From Phyllobates terribilis (lineage: Eukaryota): a stretch of 64,000 nucleotides of DNA. Shown piece after piece: positions 58,641 to 64,000 of this stretch. Where the stretch lies: contig NW_027362768.1 of the NCBI RefSeq assembly GCF_046119375.1, forward strand, positions 94,178,001-94,242,000, written 5' to 3'. The notes below the pieces were generated by a model that made no database searches, was not told where the DNA came from, and saw only the letters and a list, made by a program, of their open reading frames with translations. Made by a program: the position numbers and the translations under genes. The first letter of the stretch is position 1. Each line of letters opens with the position of its first letter.

Positions 58641-61600
58641 TCAGCCACCTCCACGGGTTTCTGTTCTGTGGTCTGGAACAAAAAAGGGGCACTTAGCAGG
58701 TGCAACTATATACACGGTACAGTTCCGGTTATTCATTGTCCATAACCTGTCAGTCAACACTTGCTCCGGATACCCGTGTGGACAGCAGAAGTGCTGCTGG
58801 AAGGCTCTAGCTGCTGTCTGAGCTGTTAAGTCCTTGACAGGGACTACCACCAGGAACCGGGAGTAGTGGTCTACGATGGTGAGTGCATAGACGTACCCGG
58901 ACCTACTTGGAGCCAGCTTCACATGGTCCAGGGCTACCAGTTCTAGTGGCTGCTTGGTGATGATGGACTGCAGGGGAGTCTTCTGGCTGGCACGATCCTT
59001 TCTTCTCAGGTTGCAGGGGCCGCAGTCTCTGCACCATCTCTCAATGGCCCCTCTCATGCCTACCCAGAAGAACCATTCACGCAACAGGAACTCCAACTTC
59101 TTCCATCCAAAGTGCCCTGCTCCATCGTGGTATGCCTCCAGGACCATAGTCGCGTCTCGTCTCGGGACCACTACCTGCCAGGTCAGCTTATGTGTCCGGG
59201 AGTTGACAATCCTCCGGCACAGCTTCCCCTTGTAGAGAAACAGTTTACTCTTCTCCTTCCAGAGCTGTTTGGTTTCTTCCGGAGCGTCTGGGTCAAGGCG
59301 GGCATCAGCCTGTGTCAGCATCTCTTTTACCAGGTGGACGGCTGGGTCACTGTCTTTTGTCTCTGCCCAGCTGTGGTGGGGTAAGGGATTGAATGTGGCA
59401 GAGCACCTGTTCCTTACATGGTGGGAATACTGGGTAATCCCACGACGGTGGAACGCAGGGAGTTCAATCTCTTCCAGTTCTTCTGGATCTTCCCCTCCGT
59501 CCGGCAAGTTCGGCATCCTGGACAGGGCGTCTGCGTTTGCATTTGTGCGTCCCGCCCGATATTTGATGGTGAACTCATAGTTCGATAGGCGGGCCATCCA
59601 TCTCTGCTCCAGGGCACCAAGTTTTGCAGTGTCCAGGTGTGTCAACTTGTTGTTGTCCGTGTACACGGTGAACTTGGAAGAGGCAAGGTAATGTTTAAAG
59701 AGCTCCGTCACTGCCCATACCACCGCGAGGAACTCTAGCTTGAAGGAGCTGTAATTTTCAGGATTCCTCTCTGTGGGCCGGAGCTTCCTGCTGGCATAAG
59801 CAATTACCCGTTCTCTGTCCTGTTGGATCTGGGACAGCACCACCCCTAGCCCGATGTTGCTCACGTCTGTGTGGAGAATAAAAGGCTGGCCGTAATCAGG
59901 GTACGCCAGGATTTCATCCCCCGTGAGGGCCATCTTCAGCTGGCGGAAAGACTCATCCTCCAGCTTGTCCCATTTGAAGGGCGGCTTCTGGTTTTTGGCC
60001 TTCCTGGACTGGCCTATCAGGAGGTCCTGCATAGGAGAACCCGGAGATGAATCTTCGGTAGTAGCCTACCAACCCGAGGAACTGCCGCACTTCCTTTATG
60101 GTGGAGGGTCTTGGCCAGTCCTTAATCACTGTGATCTTATCACGGTCTGGGGCTACTCCGTCAGCACTCACCACGTGTCCCAGGTACTGTACCTTTGGCT
60201 TCAGTAGATGACACTTGGAGGGTTTCACCTTTAGGCCGTAGCCTGCCAGGGCGTCAAACACTTCTGCCAGGTGTTTCAGATGGTCCTCATATGTTTTGGA
60301 ATACACGATGACATCGTCCAGGTATAGCAGGACCATCTCGAAATTTCTGTGCCCCAGGCAGCACTCCATCAACCGCTGGAAGGTTCCTGGTGCGTTGCAG
60401 AGCCCAAACGGCATACAGTTGAATTCGCTGAGACCCATCGGGGTGGTGAACGCGGTCTTCTCCTTGTCGGCCTCTGCTACAGGAACCTGCCAGTACCCGC
60501 TAGTAAGATCCAAAGTAGAAAAGAAGTTAGCAGTTTTTAATGCAGCTAAGGACTCTTCTATTCTAGGTAACGGGTACGCATCTTTGTGTGTGATACGGTT
60601 AACCTTCCTATAGTCTACACACATTCTCATGGTGCCATCTTTCTTTTTCACAAGAACTAGTGGAGCTGCCCAGGGGCTACAGCTGTCTCTGATTACCCCA
60701 GCCTCCTTCATTTCTCGTAACATTCCCTTGGCATTCTGATAGTGTGCAGGGGGTACAGGTCGGTATCTTTCCTTTATGGGTGGATGGTCTCCTGTGGGGA
60801 TGTGGTGTTCTACCCCCTTTACTTGCCCAAAGTCTAGCGGGTGTTTGCTAAAAACTCTTTCGTAATCCTGAACCACCCGGTAGACTCCCTGTTTGTGGTG
60901 TGAGGGAGTGGAGTCGGTGCCCACATGCAGTTTCTGACACCAGTCCTCCATTTGTTTCTTGGAGCCGTTACCCTACTCTGGTTGAGATGGAGGCAAGGGT
61001 TCCACGGCCTTTACAGAGTTTTGGTTAACGGTGAACAATTTGGCTAGAGTGGCATACCAGGGCAAGCATACTTCTCTTTCCCCAATGTTTAGGATGCGGA
61101 TAGACACCCTCCCATGGCGTACATCGACCACCCCCCGTGCTGTCAAAATGGTGGGCCTACTGTCTGAGTAGACGGGTTCTACCATGGCTTGGTAGTCCCT
61201 CCCTCTTAACCCGATTGCAGTCCGGCACCAGATCATCATCTCACTTTTTGGGGGCATGGCGATAGGGAACGGGTCACTCATTCTAACGCTACCAATCTCA
61301 CCACCAGACAGTTCTACCTGTTGCCTTTTCATCAGGACTCTGATCTCTTTTTGTAGGACACGCTGCTGGCTGGAGCTGGCGTTCACCGCAACCTGCTGTA
61401 ATATGAGAATTGTCTCTGCAAAGCAATTTTCAATAACATTAGTACCCAAGGTTATTTTAGGGTGGCTTTCACGACGGTCAATGTCCGCAATAATCAGTCC
61501 TTGCGCTGGCAGTTCAACTTTACCAATTTTTATGGTCACCTCCTTGAATCCCACCTGCGGCATGGGCTGACCATTGCTGGCGATGATGCTCAAATCATCA

Positions 61601-61740
61601 TCTGGGTAGCGGGTGATATCAAGGTCATTCCAGTACCGCTTAAAGAGCACATAGGGGATGGTGGTTACCTGTGACCCGGTGTCCAGTAGTGCACTCATAG
61701 GAATGCCATCCAGCACCACAGGCAAGACCGGTCGTCCTCC
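58641..61740 (-). pseudogene. Gypsy pol remnant (protease, RT, RNase H, truncated integrase)
   Basis: LLDTGS protease. In-frame TAG at 60973-60975. RT with YLDD. Frameshift near 60030. RNase H LHTDVS...YASR. Integrase HHCC (H..GH..C..C) and VALDH...VLTD, then the sequence diverges. Confidence 0.92.
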
Positions 61741-61779
61741 TACGTACTTATCACGCCAGCTCGATGGGCCTGATGATCT

Positions 61780-62762
61780 TATGCCTGGGGGTCGGCCCTC
61801 TGCCCCAGATTGGGCCCGTTTAAATGACAGTACCTTGCCATATGTCCTGGTTGATTGCAGCGGCGGCAGATGGGTTGTCCGTCCTGGTTGTAGCGGTCGC
61901 TGGGCCTTCCTCTGACGATGGGAGCCTTCTCTGTCGACTCCAAGGGACGTCCTCCGGACTGGAAGCCAGCTGGATCTTTCCTGGGGAAGACACCTGTAAA
62001 GACTGTACAGTTCTGGTTAGCGCGGCAACGCTTTTAGTCAGCTCTTGGACCTGATGGTGCAGGTCTGCAGCCGGGTCTTTATCCAAATCCTGTGCATCAG
62101 CTCCCATAGGCTCTGCAGACAAGGGCGCCGCCTCCTGGTGATAGGTGATAGCAGGGCGCCTATGGGTTACAGCGCCACCTGGTTCCGGTTCTCGGAGCAC
62201 CCGGATGGCCCTGTCTTTGAACTGCGCAAAGTCCAAATCAGGGTTCTGCAGGGCCATTACACGCAGCTGGGTTCGGTGGGCACTGGACTGTAGACCCTCA
62301 ATGAACTGTTCAGTCAACAGCTTATCCTCGTTCCGCACGCTGTCAGGGTCTGCCTGCTTAATGGCTCTCAGGGCTTCCTGCAAATTCAAAGCATAGTCCC
62401 GTATACTGTCTTGTGCCCGCTGTTTACATCCATAGAATTTTTGTTTGATCTCTGCTGAGGTGCGGGTGTCAAAAGTGTCCTTTAGACGGGCCAGTATTTC
62501 CTTTACAATCCCTTTTTCCCTGGCTGACCAGGACTTCACTTCTCTTTGGGCTGCCCCGATTAACTGGCCTGTCAGGATGCTCACTTTTTGTTCCTCGGAC
62601 AGGGGTTATACTTTGAAGAGGCTATACAGTCTTTCTTTAAAGTCGCTCAGGGTATGCGACTCCCCTGAGTACTGGGGTAACCACGCCGCTCTGGGGATAT
62701 ATGGCATCATGAACGGCATCACTGCGGCAGCAGCCGCGCTGGTGGTGGGATCTCTCTCCATT
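61780..62762 (-). pseudogene. Gypsy gag remnant
   Basis: The frame MERDPTT...LPQYSGE has an in-frame TAA before ORF 62584-61820 (QRAQDSIRDYALNLQ...EQFIEGL). A CCHC knuckle CRRCNQPGHMARYC lies in a shifted frame. Confidence 0.8.
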
Positions 62763-63126
62763 CCTGGTGTCTTCCTCCCCCCTAGTTAACCGTGGCCTAC
62801 CTTCTGTTGCTTCTTCTCCGTAGGCCGCGGCTCTGCAGGCGATCGTCAGGGTCGAGGACCTTGCGTCGCGTGCTGGTGACGTCGGCGTCCACTGGGCTCC
62901 TTCCAGGACCTTGCGCAGCGTCAGTGCGTAAGGCGGGGCATCAGCTCTCGCGTGCTTTTGGCGTCCACGCCCCTCTTCTTCCCGCGCGGCGTCCCAGAAA
63001 TGGCGCCCAATGGCGGGAAAATGGCGGCGGAAGGCGGGAAAATGGCTGCGGATGGCGGGAAACTTCACCACGGTAATAGCACAGTCTTTCTTTCAGGCAC
63101 GCAGTACCCGGTGGTTGCGGGCACGA

Positions 63127-63145
63127 AATCCTGCCGACTACGCCA
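63127..63145 (-). other. Primer-binding site complementary to the tRNA-Ser 3' end
   Basis: Minus strand TGGCGTAGTCGGCAGGATT, 4 nt from the LTR edge. It is the complement of the vertebrate tRNA-Ser(AGA/TGA) end AATCCTGCCGACTACG-CCA. Confidence 0.9.
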
Positions 63146-63149
63146 AAGT

Positions 63150-64000
63150 TGACGCGCCCCCTGGGCCGTGTGTGGGGGAATACCCGGAGCCGGGTCTCTG
63201 TGTAATGCTGGGGGTTGTAGTCTCCATGGCGGCGACCCGGTCCCGTGGCTCAGGGTGGTCAAACCAGTGGTGGATCTGTTTCTTTCGTTTTGTAATGTTT
63301 AAATGTCCGACTACGCCACCCGTGGATTGCGGTCACTGAGAACCGCCGCTGCAGGGCAGACCGCTGAGACCGATGTTGTGTGCGCAGCAGAGGGTAGTAT
63401 AACTCCCCACGGGAGGAGTATAGCCTCAGGGCAGTGGATATAGATCGTGAGGGTTGTTGTGCACGGGCGCAGCAGAAATGACTCAGAGTCCGTGCAGTGC
63501 AGTTCAGGGACTTTACAGTAATGAAGAAGGCCCTTCCGGGAGTACTGGCTAGCATTAGAGGCCTGGTCAGTCTGTGAGTGGACAAGAGTCCCCCTGGCCA
63601 GGTGGAGATATAGGCCTTCCTGTCTGACTGCACTCTTCCTAGCTACCCTGCAGTAGTCGTGTAGTAGCCCACGTCCCTGAGTGGTGCTCACCCGTATGGC
63701 TGGTGACTTGGGGCCTTTGGTTCCTTCCGCTCCTCGATGGCGGTGCTGGTCCCTTGCGTGTGACTGAGCCTCCGGGCTTTCTATGGCCAGAGGACCTGAA
63801 ATCCCCTACCAGGTGGTTTCTGCTGCTGGATGTAGAAATCCTCACAGCCTCGGACTCCAGTGTCCGGTTCTCTGCATCTTTCTGCCAGGACGAGCTCTGC
63901 TCCAGTCCCTGGTATTCAGCTCCTGGCTCCTACAGAGCTCCTTGCTGCTGCTCTGTCCCTTCTCTGCTCTGACTGGACTCCCTAACCCCGCCCCAGATCC
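63150..64000 (-). repeat. 5' LTR (partial)
   Basis: Collinear with 49412-50269, with scattered substitutions and small indels. Confidence 0.92.

Larger units (their letters stand above)
49412..64000 (-). mobile_element. Gypsy/Ty3 LTR retrotransposon (defective), split by a hAT insertion; 5' LTR runs off the window
   Basis: Two similar LTRs (49412-50412 and 63150->64000), PBS, PPT, and gag-PR-RT-RNaseH-IN order on the minus strand. Confidence 0.95.

Noticed and set aside
63127-63145. tRNA-Ser fragment
   Set aside because: Only the 3' 19 nt including CCA, next to an LTR, so it is a PBS and not a tRNA gene.

Overview
Eukaryotic (vertebrate) genomic DNA, most likely a frog; the taxon is inferred from the amphibian-type MITE, SINE and Tc1 repertoire. 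No prokaryotic system is present. The window holds one complete protein-coding gene, klhl20 (+ strand). Its 11 coding exons run 11964-37394, all have GT-AG introns, and they sum to 1830 nt = 609 aa + stop. A CpG-island promoter lies at about 5950-6450. An isolated first coding exon of a CLCA-family gene follows at 48030-48185. Everything else is transposon-derived: four decayed Tc1 elements, a V-SINE, many TTAA and hAT MITEs, minisatellites, and a nested stack from about 49150 to the window end. In that stack a hAT-type MITE contains a minus-strand Gypsy LTR retrotransposon with a tRNA-Ser PBS, which in turn contains a 7981-bp hAT element with an uninterrupted 1130-aa transposase ORF. The least-explained signals are (i) Penelope-type hammerhead-ribozyme-like motifs with non-canonical cores, one folded into an 80-bp-arm hairpin just downstream of the first coding exon of klhl20, (ii) a ~376-bp-arm palindrome with 15-bp flanking direct repeats next to the promoter, and (iii) the apparently intact, repeat-laden hAT, which also carries a decayed acidic/basic reading frame. 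I cannot support a claim of a wholly new biological system from the sequence alone.
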